From an uncultured Methanosarcinaceae archaeon (GTDB lineage: Archaea; Halobacteriota; Methanosarcinia; Methanosarcinales; Methanosarcinaceae): a stretch of DNA of 64,000 nt. Both the position numbers and the translations under genes were made by a program. Location of the stretch: the NCBI GenBank assembly GCA_963833425.1, contig CAWHXP010000010.1:1-64000 (forward strand), written 5' to 3'. The notes below the pieces were generated by a model that was not told the DNA's origin, did not search any database, and saw nothing but the letters and a program-made list of their open reading frames with translations. The first letter of the stretch is position 1, and every line of letters starts with the position of its first letter. Below are positions 35,630 through 45,218 of the stretch, one piece after another.

Positions 35630-36168
35630 GTTTGATCAACAAGTTGGTGTTATTCATGAATTGGGTTGCACTATAACCGATAAGGATGGTAATACAGAAG
35701 CAAAAGTTTGGCTTCTGCAGATTGAGACCGAAATTAATCATGGGTAATTAGTATATATTTGACTGGAAAGTTGACTAATTGACAATCACTTCTAACATTC
35801 AATTTTTTTGTTTAATTACAGCCATAAGTCTTTCCACACTAGTAAATAAATTATTTAGTTTTTATTATTTTAAAGTAATAAAAATATATGAAAAATATCT
35901 CGAAGACACTTACCGGTCTATGGCTGCAAATTTATGGGGACTTGGTTCTGTCAAAAAAATGACTTAATCTGGGGCCACTGGAGAGACTTTTATAAGCAGT
36001 CCCATAAAATAAAGACTAGCCTAGTCAAAAAACGTCTTAAAACGTCTGAGAATGGCTCATTGTTGATTAATCTAGTCAAAACCCCGCCTTAGTGCATAAA
36101 AGAACTAAATAAACATTTAATACAAGATTCACTAATATTAACTATTGAAAATAAAAAACGGTGTTATC

Positions 36169-36618
36169 ATGCCACGTCCTACAAAGCTCACTCATGAAGT
36201 ACAACAAAAAATTGGTGATAGTGTATCTCTTGGATTAACTTATGCTCTAGCTGCTAATTCAGCAGGTCTATCGTATCAGACTTTTAATCAATGGATGAAA
36301 CTGGGAAGAGATTCTACATCAGGAAAGTACTTTGAATTCTATCAACATATTGAAAAATGTAATGCTGATGCCGCAAAGGTTCTTCTTGAACGGTTAAATA
36401 ACGCAGCTACAGCTGGAAATTGCCAGGTTTCCATGTGGATTTTGGAGAGAAGGTTCCCTGCAGAATTTGGACGGCGGGTATATAGAAAAACGAATGTTGT
36501 TGCAGAAAACCTGAATCAAAATGTCGAGATAAGAGTCACGGACGCAGATATACTGAGAAAACAAATTTTAGCAAAATTTTATCGGATTGGAGAAGGTAAT
36601 GAGTCTTTAACTAATTAA
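36169..36618 (+). CDS. HTH protein resembling viral terminase small subunits
   Basis: MPRPTKLT, AGLSYQTFNQW HTH, WILERRFPAEFGR. Confidence 0.6.
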   Translation: MPRPTKLTHEVQQKIGDSVSLGLTYALAANSAGLSYQTFNQWMKLGRDSTSGKYFEFYQHIEKCNADAAKVLLERLNNAATAGNCQVSMWILERRFPAEFGRRVYRKTNVVAENLNQNVEIRVTDADILRKQILAKFYRIGEGNESLTN

Positions 36619-36701
36619 TATTTTTCATCCTAACTTGATCTATTTTTAATACAAAATATCCTTTTATTCATTTTTATTCGTTGGTATAATTGTAGTCGGA
36701 A

Positions 36702-37412
36702 TTACCAAAATTGCCACCAAGGTTTCTTTTCTCCTGGTGCTTCAATAGCCTTCTGATTAATTAACGTTTGAACCTGCAGGAAGTAATTGTTATGCGTTGT
36801 TTTGAGATCTTCCTTATCCCTTTCTGCCTTATCAAGCTCTGCCTTTAAGGTGGTATTATGCCGTTCTAACTCTTCGAATCTGGCTCGCAGCTGGAGAAGT
36901 TCCCCAGGTTCCCGGGCTTCCTGCAGAGAATCTTTAAGTTTAAAGTTTTCGGCCTGTAGTACCTCTATATTCTGTGTATATCCTGTGATATCCTGATTTA
37001 GATCCTTTTTGATCCTTTCTATATCCTTTTTGTATCCTTCTGTATCCTGCTTGTATCCAACTATATCCTTTCGATATCCTAAAAGGTCATCTTTCAATTG
37101 AGTATTTTCAGATTTGAGAGCTTCAATATTCTGTAAACATCCCTCAATATCCTGTTTGTATCCGATTATATCCTTCTGATATCCTAAAAGGTCATCTTTC
37201 AATTGAGTATTTTCAGATTTGAGAGCTTCAATATCCTGCAAATATCTCTCAATATCCTGTTTGTATCCTACGATATTTTTTCCTGGATCCTCTAGGAGTC
37301 TTTGAAGGGCTGTTATTATGGCTTGTGTGGTATGTTCGTACCCTGCAGATCCTATCTTATCATACAAGCTCACAGGTATCCAACAATTTATTTTCCTCTT
37401 ATCCTCGGGCAT
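36702..37412 (-). CDS. Coiled-coil protein with heptad and 35-aa repeats, ending KKPWWQFW
   Basis: GYKQDIE heptads; duplicated IEALKSENTQLKDDLLGY. Confidence 0.8.
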   Translation of the reverse strand: MPEDKRKINCWIPVSLYDKIGSAGYEHTTQAIITALQRLLEDPGKNIVGYKQDIERYLQDIEALKSENTQLKDDLLGYQKDIIGYKQDIEGCLQNIEALKSENTQLKDDLLGYRKDIVGYKQDTEGYKKDIERIKKDLNQDITGYTQNIEVLQAENFKLKDSLQEAREPGELLQLRARFEELERHNTTLKAELDKAERDKEDLKTTHNNYFLQVQTLINQKAIEAPGEKKPWWQFW

Positions 37413-37526
37413 GTATCCATGTTATTTTTTAGTAGGATATAGTTGTATCCTTTTGTATCCGGGATGGAGTGTCAAGTCTCACGGTAACAATCATTAGTAT
37501 GCCATCTTTTATCTCATGTTAAATGG

Positions 37527-38388
37527 GGTTCTGTTGCAAAAAATCATATTAATAAGTAATAATTTAGTTTTACAGCAAAGTACATAAAAACAGAATGTTC
37601 CTCAGAGAACATTCAGATTTAGATAGCTATTCCGAATAACTTGTTTATAAAATTAACTTCATCAAGAACACATCGATTTAGAGTAGCAATCTGTCCTTTT
37701 CTTATCATATGCATTATTTCAATTCCTTTTAAAGTCTTGATGGCTGTACAAAAAGACCGAAAGCCTAACATTGGGCGAATTATCCGCTTTATAAATCTAT
37801 GATCCTGTTCAACAACATTATTCAAATACTTGATTTGCTGAAGATTTATGTTTTTAGGTAATATTTTATCATTTTTGAGTTCATTTACCGCAGGTGGATA
37901 AGCTGGATTTTTATCAACAGCTATTACCTTTGGAATTTGATTATGGTTAGAACTCAAAGCTTTCTTAAGGAATCTCTTTGCAGCTTTTCTATCACGTTTT
38001 TCACTTAGCATAAAATCAACTGTGTTTCCAGTTGAATCAACTGCAAGATACAGATATTTCCATTCTCCTTTTACCTTGACGTAAGTTTCGTCCACTCTCC
38101 AAGAATCATTAGTTGGCCTTAAATACCTACGCACCTTCTTTTCGATCTCAGGAAAATATTGATGCACCCATTTCATTATAGTACTGTGATCAACTTGAAT
38201 TCCTCTTTCTATCATCATTTCCTTTAAATTTCTATAGCTCAATGGATATCTTAAGTACCATCTGACATTCAATAAGATAATCTCACCTACAAAGTGCTTC
38301 CATTTAAAGGAATTAGATAACATATTACTACTTTTGATTTCCTTTTTGTTTTATGATATCCTTAAAAAATATTTTTTGCAACGGAACC
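37527..38388 (-). mobile_element. IS6-family insertion sequence (862 bp)
   Basis: TIRs ggttctgttgcaaaa and ttttgcaacggaacc around an intact transposase; no flanking duplication. Confidence 0.95.
37619..38323 (-). CDS. IS6-family DDE transposase
   Basis: WRVDETYVKVKG, VDKNPAY, YLNNVVEQDHR; 234 aa. Confidence 0.96.
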   Translation of the reverse strand: MLSNSFKWKHFVGEIILLNVRWYLRYPLSYRNLKEMMIERGIQVDHSTIMKWVHQYFPEIEKKVRRYLRPTNDSWRVDETYVKVKGEWKYLYLAVDSTGNTVDFMLSEKRDRKAAKRFLKKALSSNHNQIPKVIAVDKNPAYPPAVNELKNDKILPKNINLQQIKYLNNVVEQDHRFIKRIIRPMLGFRSFCTAIKTLKGIEIMHMIRKGQIATLNRCVLDEVNFINKLFGIAI

Positions 38389-38476
38389 ATCCTTTTACTT
38401 CATTTATAAATACTATACGCATTATAGTGATAATTATGTCCAAGACCATATAATCAGATAACAAAGAAGGTGATAA

Positions 38477-38704
38477 ATGATGAAAGTAAAAGAATTTCTT
38501 GTTATCTTAGAACAAGATGAAGATGGAACTTATATTGCTTCAGTACCTGATCTTCCGGGATGTCATACTCAAGGAGATACAATTGAAGAAGTGAAAGATA
38601 ACATCAAAGAGGCAATTGAACTTTATCTTGAAGTTAAACCAGAAATGATAGACTGTGAGCCTGTAAATTTTATTGGAGTAGAGAAAGTTAAAGTTGAGGT
38701 TTAA
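38477..38704 (+). CDS. hicB: HicB-family antitoxin
   Basis: VPDLPGCHTQGDTIEE..NIKEAIELYL. Confidence 0.9.
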   Translation: MMKVKEFLVILEQDEDGTYIASVPDLPGCHTQGDTIEEVKDNIKEAIELYLEVKPEMIDCEPVNFIGVEKVKVEV

Positions 38705-38715
38705 TAAGTAGAATA

Positions 38716-38946
38716 GTGCCTCTTCCTGCTAAAAAAATTATTAAAGCGCTTGAAAAGGTAGGTTTTCAATCTATTCGGCAAAAAGGCAGTCATTTATTCT
38801 TAGAACACCCCGACGGAAGAACGACAGTATTACCTATACATTCAAGTAAGGATCTAAAAGTTAACTTAATAAACAAAATTTTAAAAGATGCTGAAATTTC
38901 AAGAGACGAATGGATAGAATTAATTCAAACTTTGATTGTTTTTTAG
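38716..38946 (+). CDS. hicA: HicA-family toxin
   Basis: GF..IRQKGSH...HPDGRTTVLPIH. Confidence 0.9.
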   Translation: MPLPAKKIIKALEKVGFQSIRQKGSHLFLEHPDGRTTVLPIHSSKDLKVNLINKILKDAEISRDEWIELIQTLIVF

Positions 38947-38961
38947 AGTGTTGATATAAAC

Positions 38962-39129
38962 GGTTCCGTTGCAAAAAATCTGGCTATTTTACAAAAACAA
39001 TGAAAATATCACAAATGGGATACTTATATACTATAAACAGATCGATAATTATACAAAAAGCAATAATTATAATCTAAAAAGGCAGTAAAGTTATTTTTGC
39101 AACAGAACCAGATTTTTTGCAACAGAACC
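38962..39129 (+). mobile_element. IS6-related MITE (148 bp) plus a second tandem end
   Basis: ggttccgttgcaaaa to ttttgcaacagaacc (ends 39109), then agattttttgcaacagaacc. Confidence 0.85.
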
Positions 39130-39222
39130 CATAATCTATTTCCTTTTCACGAACATTTAGTTCTCTACCAACTAACTAGGATGAAATTACCATATTTGAA
39201 AATATTTTCCGTGGCAGTATAC

Positions 39223-39345
39223 CTAAAGTTTGAAAAATCGTTCCTTTTGTTGCATTTCGAGTGCTTTTTGTTTTTTCACTAGTTCTTTTAATGTTGGTGG
39301 GACTATAAACCTACTCTCAGGTTTTTTATTATCCGCAATATACAT
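39223..39345 (-). CDS. Conserved 40-aa basic small protein, copy 2
   Basis: MYIADNKKPESRFIVPPTLKELVKKQKALEMQQKERFFKL. Confidence 0.5.
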   Translation of the reverse strand: MYIADNKKPESRFIVPPTLKELVKKQKALEMQQKERFFKL

Positions 39346-39627
39346 GGGCTTTTTTTATATGTTTATAATTATTTGTATATGCCTATTTTATCTGCTTTTT
39401 GTCACTACAAAAAATAGGACTTATAGTTTTGCTGATATGGAAAGTTTCATACAATGCATGTGCATCTTAGGGTTAAGATAATTAAAATATTTGGACCAAA
39501 ATTGATAACAGGAAACAAGTAGGTTAATTAGTTCCAGATGTTACATGAGCTCCATATGTTCTAGGAGTCTCATAAGCTCCATGAGAAATAAATTCATATA
39601 TTTTTTATTTTTTGTGGAACTTCGGAA

Positions 39628-39658
39628 ATGAAGAGATTTTTACGCAAAAACTATGCAT
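39628..39658. repeat. Family A dyad site
   Basis: atgaagagatttt-tacgc-aaaaactatgcat. Confidence 0.88.
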
Positions 39659-39665
39659 CTATAAG

Positions 39666-40198
39666 TTAGAATTTGTTTTGTCCAGATCTTTTTATTAACC
39701 AATGTAAAGTCAAAATAGCTATTATCCCTATCCCGAATACTTCAGGAATAGAAGAGAGCGAGAAATTTAGTGTAAATGAATTTTCTACCAGTCTTATTAA
39801 ATATTCCATTCCAGTGGAATCCACATGATCTCTGGGGAAATTCAATCCGAAAAAAGGCCAGAATAAAGTTTTAGGAGTTGCCCACATTTGATCTTCCATA
39901 AGATGGAAGAAAGAGCCTGTGGTAAGAGAAATAATCCTGATATCTCCTTTTTTTTGTACAAGTATAAACCTATCAGGAAGAGAATAAGAGAGAAAAATAG
40001 AGTATGACCTATAATGCGTCCGTTTTCGAAGGTAGAAGCAAAGATAACTCTTCCTAGAGGTTTGTCTATCAGATCAGGTAAAAGGGCTCCAATAGCCAGG
40101 TACTTTGAATCTATAGTAGTTCTTAGTCGAGGTATAAAAATTCCAAGTCCGAAAAATACTCCCAACGTGACGCCAATATGTCCAAAAATAAGCATCAA
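39666..40198 (-). pseudogene. Membrane metal-dependent hydrolase (YdjM-like), frameshifted
   Basis: FGHIG, GALLPDLIDKP, GRIIGHTL; frame changes near the homopolymer at ~39950 and continues EDQMW...LFWP. Confidence 0.8.
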
Positions 40199-40335
40199 AA
40201 TTAAAAGGTACTTTAGTTATATATAAATATTGTTTGTTTATTACAGAACCTCACCAAAGTAGCAACTTTTTGTGATAAAACTTTGCCATTTCCCAGGTTC
40301 TGGCAATTTTTTGCAATGGAACCGGCGTGATATTT

Positions 40336-40803
40336 TCAGGAGCTTTGTTGCCTCCAACAATTATCAACAAAATTCAATATATCTCGGGACATATCAAAAT
40401 AATCACGTAATGGGATAGTAGATACCAGCTCTAAGAACGAGGGTGCTTCGCTATCATCAGTTCTGACAACTAAAACTTTCTTATCTTTAGCCATTGCATA
40501 TCCAATGCTGTATATTACACTATCATCATTTTCCTTCATGAAAGCAATAAGAATATCACATATTTTTATAGTATCAAGAAGAGCAATTCGGTTATCATAT
40601 TCTATTCCCACATAGTTGGTGTCATATATTTGTACTTTAGGATATATCTGTAATTTATGTAATGCACTTATGTTATTGTCTTTTTTTTCAAAATCGTTGG
40701 CATCATATATTTGTATTCCATGTGATTCTAGTTCGTCTTTTAGTGACTGTATATAATCGCTTTCTTTCCCATTAAAAGCATAGGACAAAAAAACCGTCTT
40801 CAT
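40336..40803 (-). CDS. TIR / nucleoside-deoxyribosyltransferase-like domain protein
   Basis: VFLSY, CDILIAF, YSIGYAMAKDKKVLVV. Confidence 0.6.
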   Translation of the reverse strand: MKTVFLSYAFNGKESDYIQSLKDELESHGIQIYDANDFEKKDNNISALHKLQIYPKVQIYDTNYVGIEYDNRIALLDTIKICDILIAFMKENDDSVIYSIGYAMAKDKKVLVVRTDDSEAPSFLELVSTIPLRDYFDMSRDILNFVDNCWRQQSS

Positions 40804-41081
40804 TTTTAAAATCCATCCAAATAAATTTTCTTCTGTTAATATATAATAATATAGCTTTTATATAAACATATTGCGTTTTATTTTGACTGTTCTAAAATAA
40901 ACACATGATTTAGTCTCCTCTGCTTGCATATACCTGGAACCTTATTTATTAATGATCCGTGGGTTATTATCAAAAATAGAAGAATCAAAAAACACATAAG
41001 TAATGTGGAATACTGAGCGAATGCAGTCAATATTTCACAATATTTAAGAAGCAGTGGTCAATGCTAAAGTGCAACTTTTTA

Positions 41082-41112
41082 ATACACAGTTTTTGCTATA
41101 AAATCTCTGCAT
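41082..41112. repeat. Family A dyad site
   Basis: atacacagttttt-gctat-aaaatctctgcat. Confidence 0.9.
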
Positions 41113-41425
41113 TAGTAAAAAAAGATACGATTCTATTTTTTTGTGGCAGTCCACTATTTTTGTATTAACTAGGAATCTAATCAATTAAAACTTGTATATT
41201 ACTCTCTTAGGTTGTGGAATCATTTATTTCTCGGAAAAATAGATAAAAATCAAGATATATTATCAAATTTCAAGCAGAAACATATCTCATTTAGTCGTGT
41301 CAATGGCAGCTAGTTAGTTTTATATCATTTGATTGATGCTATCTCCAATAATAATCTGAATGCCATTTCTTAGTTTGTAATAAATTAATAGAGAAATAAA
41401 TATGCCTTCGAATGGAGAAAATAAA

Positions 41426-42127
41426 ATGAAACTTTTACTGATTGCTGACATTCACGCAAATTATGAAGCTCTCCAAACTGTTCTTGAAGTCCCTCACGAT
41501 AGTGCTATCTGCCTTGGAGATATCGTGGACTACGGACCGGATCCTGACAAATGTATTGATCTCTTGCGAGAAAAAGCAATCCCAACAATAAGGGGAAACC
41601 ATGATAATGCTGTTGCTTTTGGGGTAGACTGTCAATGTGGATACAAGTATAAGCATCTATCAATTGCGACCAGGGAATACACATGGAAAATTCTTAACAA
41701 ATCTAGAATAGAATATTTGCAAAAACTCCCTCTCCTGATTGAAGAGCTAATCGATGGTAAAAGGTTTTATCTGACCCATGGAAGTCCGAGGTCTATGTTT
41801 GAATATATTAAACCAGACACTCCGGATGAAGTAATTAGGGATATGGTAGATGAAGCAATGGAGACTATGGATGCAGATTTCCTGGTAATTGGACATTCAC
41901 ATATTCCTATGGATAAAAAGCTAGGAAATCTTACAATTATAAACCCTGGTTCAGTAGGACAACCAAGAGACGGAAATCCCAGGGCAAGTTGCGTATTGTT
42001 TGATACAGAATACGACAAAGCCGAATTTCTTAGACTTGATTACGATATCGATGCTGTCTGCACAAAAATTAAAGACAGAATGCCTCATGCAGATGAACTG
42101 ATAGATATCCTCAGGCGTGGATATTAA
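41426..42127 (+). CDS. Metallophosphoesterase (YfcE/MJ0936-like)
   Basis: DIHAN, GDIVDYG, GNHD, THGS, GHSH, NPGSVGQPRDG. Confidence 0.93.
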   Translation: MKLLLIADIHANYEALQTVLEVPHDSAICLGDIVDYGPDPDKCIDLLREKAIPTIRGNHDNAVAFGVDCQCGYKYKHLSIATREYTWKILNKSRIEYLQKLPLLIEELIDGKRFYLTHGSPRSMFEYIKPDTPDEVIRDMVDEAMETMDADFLVIGHSHIPMDKKLGNLTIINPGSVGQPRDGNPRASCVLFDTEYDKAEFLRLDYDIDAVCTKIKDRMPHADELIDILRRGY

Positions 42128-42159
42128 TAGTAAATAAATAGGTGTTAACTTCTTTTAGT

Positions 42160-42318
42160 TCATCGCAATTCCATCGGCGCTCCGCAGCATTGTACATCGC
42201 CATTACAGCATACGTCTGTAGAGCAGCAATTCTCTTCGCATGCATTTGCTACTTCAAGTTCAAACCCGCAGACTTCACAAAAAAGACGCTGACCTTGCAT
42301 TAGCTCACTGCAATTCAT
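42160..42318 (-). CDS. Small Cys-rich metal-binding protein (desulforedoxin-like pattern), 52 aa
   Basis: MNCSELMQGQRLFCEVCGFELEVANACEENCCSTDVCCNGDVQCCGAPMELR; GAGGTGA RBS. Confidence 0.75.
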   Translation of the reverse strand: MNCSELMQGQRLFCEVCGFELEVANACEENCCSTDVCCNGDVQCCGAPMELR

Positions 42319-42430
42319 TTTATATCACCTCAGAGTGTTTTATATAAAAATAGAGAATTTGTATTTAAATATTTTTCGAAACAATAATTCTTTGTTGCCT
42401 AAGTTATCTCATAATGATCCCTACGTACTT

Positions 42431-43042
42431 TCAGTCCAAACGTGCAATTCTTACAAGAAACTGAATCGGAACATTATAAATTGTATCTGCACCTTTTTTG
42501 TCGACCAGCGCAACTACAACTCTTGGTTTTGCATCCATTTCTCTAAGCTGCTCAATCACTTCTATAATAGTTGAACCGGTGGTAATCACATCATCTACAA
42601 TAACGCAGTTTTTACCGGCAACGGATCCAAAATTTCTGCTTATGGTCCCGCTATGACATAGCTTGACGATATCATGACCTTTACAATGATAAATCGCTAA
42701 ATCTGCACCCAGTTCATATGCCACCATGCTTGCCAGGGGAATACCATTGGCAGCAACACCAACAACAACGTCGACTTCAGTATTTATTTTTTCCAAGGTC
42801 TCAAGCACTATGTCGCAGAGCACAAGTGAGATGTTGTGGAGACGTTTAGCACTTTTTCCTATATTGCTCCAGTTTACGGAAATATCTTTCGGAGCTAGGG
42901 ATAATACTTCTTTTTTTGAACGGTTTAAAAGCCAAGTAACAGTTTCTCTTGAAACGTTGAATTCATCTGCGATCTGACCGGTAATAAGCCCGTTACTCTG
43001 CAGTTCTACAGCTTTCTGAATTAAATCTTCTATATCCTTCAT
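42431..43042 (-). CDS. PyrE-like phosphoribosyltransferase with N-terminal HTH (GfcR-like)
   Basis: [36 protein letters not shown] loop. Confidence 0.88.
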   Translation of the reverse strand: MKDIEDLIQKAVELQSNGLITGQIADEFNVSRETVTWLLNRSKKEVLSLAPKDISVNWSNIGKSAKRLHNISLVLCDIVLETLEKINTEVDVVVGVAANGIPLASMVAYELGADLAIYHCKGHDIVKLCHSGTISRNFGSVAGKNCVIVDDVITTGSTIIEVIEQLREMDAKPRVVVALVDKKGADTIYNVPIQFLVRIARLD

Positions 43043-43575
43043 GCGTACATACCCACCTGAAAATTTTATCTGGCTTTATTTCCGGGGCTTCCAAATTAAT
43101 GACAGTATTATAATATCAAGCGTTATATCGCTTTCTTCTCCTAAGATTGAATTTTTTTCTTTAGCATTTGCTACTGCTGCTGTTACTGATAATAAAAAAC
43201 AGTTCTGGTGTAAAAAATAATATTTACGTAATTTGATACTATAATTCTTACCTTTGTTTACTAATTTTCCAGGAAATGAGATTGATTAACTTCCTAATTG
43301 TGAATGCCTATATTGATTTTGTAACAAAGCCAGATTTTTACATTACAATCCCAAATGAAGTTAATTCCCACAGAAAAAAGGTTAGAAGCTACCCCAGAGA
43401 AATGCAGTAGTTTTCTAAAAGTACTTTATTCTGCCTGTAATCGTCTAAAGTATACCGTTAACTGTAACGTTTAATTCGCTTGATTCTGAACCTCAAGTGC
43501 ATAGATCCTAAGTTTGGATAGCTTAAAGTATCAAGTTATTGTCTTCTACTTCAACAGAATAAATCTTATGAAGAG

Positions 43576-44835
43576 ATGAAAGATTTAATGAAGACCACAC
43601 AGATTGATTATGCCCGTGATGGGATACTTACTCATGAAATGAAACAAATCATGGAAAACGAAAATATTGATGAAGATATACTGCTTTCGAGAGTAGCTGA
43701 AGGAAGCCTAGTTATAATGACAAGGAAAAGTTACTCTCCCATAGCCATAGGTAAAGGCAGCAGCACTAAGGTAAATGTTAATCTTGGTACGTCTGCTGCA
43801 AAAATTGATCCTGACGCTGAGATAGAAAAGGTCAAGGTTGCAGAGAAGTATGGAGCAGATACAATCACTGATCTTTCCATGGGTGGAGATATTAAGTCAA
43901 TCCGTGCAAGTATATTAAAAAATTGTAATCTACCTATTACCACGGTGCCAATTTATCAGGCCATTGTGGAGTGTGGTATGAAAGATATCACTGAAGATGA
44001 TCTTTTATCGTATCTAAGGGCTCACGTAGATGAAGGTATGAGTTCTGTGGTGCTGCATTGTGTGGATAAGAAGACACTAGACAAATTGAAGGGAGTGGGT
44101 AGGATAATGGGTATGGTTTCTAAGGGTGGTTCTCTTACAAGTGTTTATATGCTAACAAATGGTTGTGAAAATCCATTCATAAAGAACTTTGAAGAGATTA
44201 TCGAGATACTTAGAAAAAAGGATGTTGTTCTTTCCCTAGGAAATACTATGCGAAGTGGATGCGTTCATGATTTTAGGGACAGTGCCCAGATGATGGAAAT
44301 TGAGACAAATGTCAGGCTTGCAAATAGAGTTAACGAAGAAGGTGTTCAGGTCATAATAGAAGGCATGGGTGGGCATATACAGGCAGCGGATATTCCTACT
44401 CAAGTTGAGCTGTATAAATCAAGATCAAGTTTCCCTCTCTTCGTTGCAGGTCCCCTGCCCACAGACATCGCCCTTGGATATGATCATATCGCAGGAGCAA
44501 TAGGAGCTAGTATTGCAAGCGGTGCAGGGGCAGATTATTTGTGTTATATTACACCTGCAGAGCATCTTTCTCTGCCGAGTTCTCAGCAAGTAAGAGAAGG
44601 TTTAATTGCTTTTAAGATAGCTGCCCATATAGGTGATTCTGTGAAGTATGGAGTTAATTGCAGGGATCTGCTGCTTGCAAAGAAACGTGCACAACTTGAC
44701 TGGAAAGGTCAAATAGATCTTGCACTTGATCCTGACAAACCTAAGGAGATGTGTCCCACAATTGGTCCCTGTTCTATGTGTGGTGAATATTGTGCCATAA
44801 AAATTATGGGAGATTATAGTCAACGTACTGGATAA
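43576..44835 (+). CDS. thiC: ThiC-family protein (phosphomethylpyrimidine synthase, or BzaA/B-like paralog)
   Basis: TKVNVNLGTS, GADTITDLS, TVPIYQA, GYDHI, YITPAEHL, CSMCGEYC. Confidence 0.88.
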   Translation: MKDLMKTTQIDYARDGILTHEMKQIMENENIDEDILLSRVAEGSLVIMTRKSYSPIAIGKGSSTKVNVNLGTSAAKIDPDAEIEKVKVAEKYGADTITDLSMGGDIKSIRASILKNCNLPITTVPIYQAIVECGMKDITEDDLLSYLRAHVDEGMSSVVLHCVDKKTLDKLKGVGRIMGMVSKGGSLTSVYMLTNGCENPFIKNFEEIIEILRKKDVVLSLGNTMRSGCVHDFRDSAQMMEIETNVRLANRVNEEGVQVIIEGMGGHIQAADIPTQVELYKSRSSFPLFVAGPLPTDIALGYDHIAGAIGASIASGAGADYLCYITPAEHLSLPSSQQVREGLIAFKIAAHIGDSVKYGVNCRDLLLAKKRAQLDWKGQIDLALDPDKPKEMCPTIGPCSMCGEYCAIKIMGDYSQRTG

Positions 44836-44899
44836 GAGCCTATTCAAAACTAGAAAAATGAATTAACTAATCAGATATGAATTGCATGCTCAGTAAATA

Positions 44900-45187
44900 C
44901 TAAAAAAGAATTATGGGATACAGAAATGTATTTAGTATATTTTGGTACCATTTAACTATATAATTGATTAACTCGTTTATGAAGTCTGGTTGGTTTGTCA
45001 GAAATGGGATAATGTGTCTGAAATGATATAAATATAAAAAGCCAGCGCCAGGACTTGTATTACCACCTGTCACAAAGTCATTACTGGCGCTACTTTTACC
45101 ATTGTTGTGGATTGCACTAACCTTTATTGCTACCAATGAAGCTGCAATAACAGCCACTAACAAAAGATCTGTTTTAGAGTTTTATTT
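44900..45187 (-). pseudogene. Small secreted-type protein remnant abutting a family A site; second decayed copy at ~9390-9686
   Basis: ORF 44900-45163 lacks a clear start; the block is homologous to ~9390-9717. Confidence 0.45.
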
Positions 45188-45218
45188 ATGCATAGTTTTT
45201 ATGTTAAAATCCATGGAT
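45188..45218. repeat. Family A dyad site
   Basis: atgcatagttttt-atgtt-aaaatccatggat. Confidence 0.85.

Noticed and set aside
37519..38396. Target-site duplication around the intact IS6
   Set aside because: Flanks ttaaatgg and atcctttt do not match.
43050..43575. TPP riboswitch upstream of thiC (and a cobalamin riboswitch upstream of cbiM)
   Set aside because: No recognisable conserved aptamer sequence; an Rfam scan would be needed.
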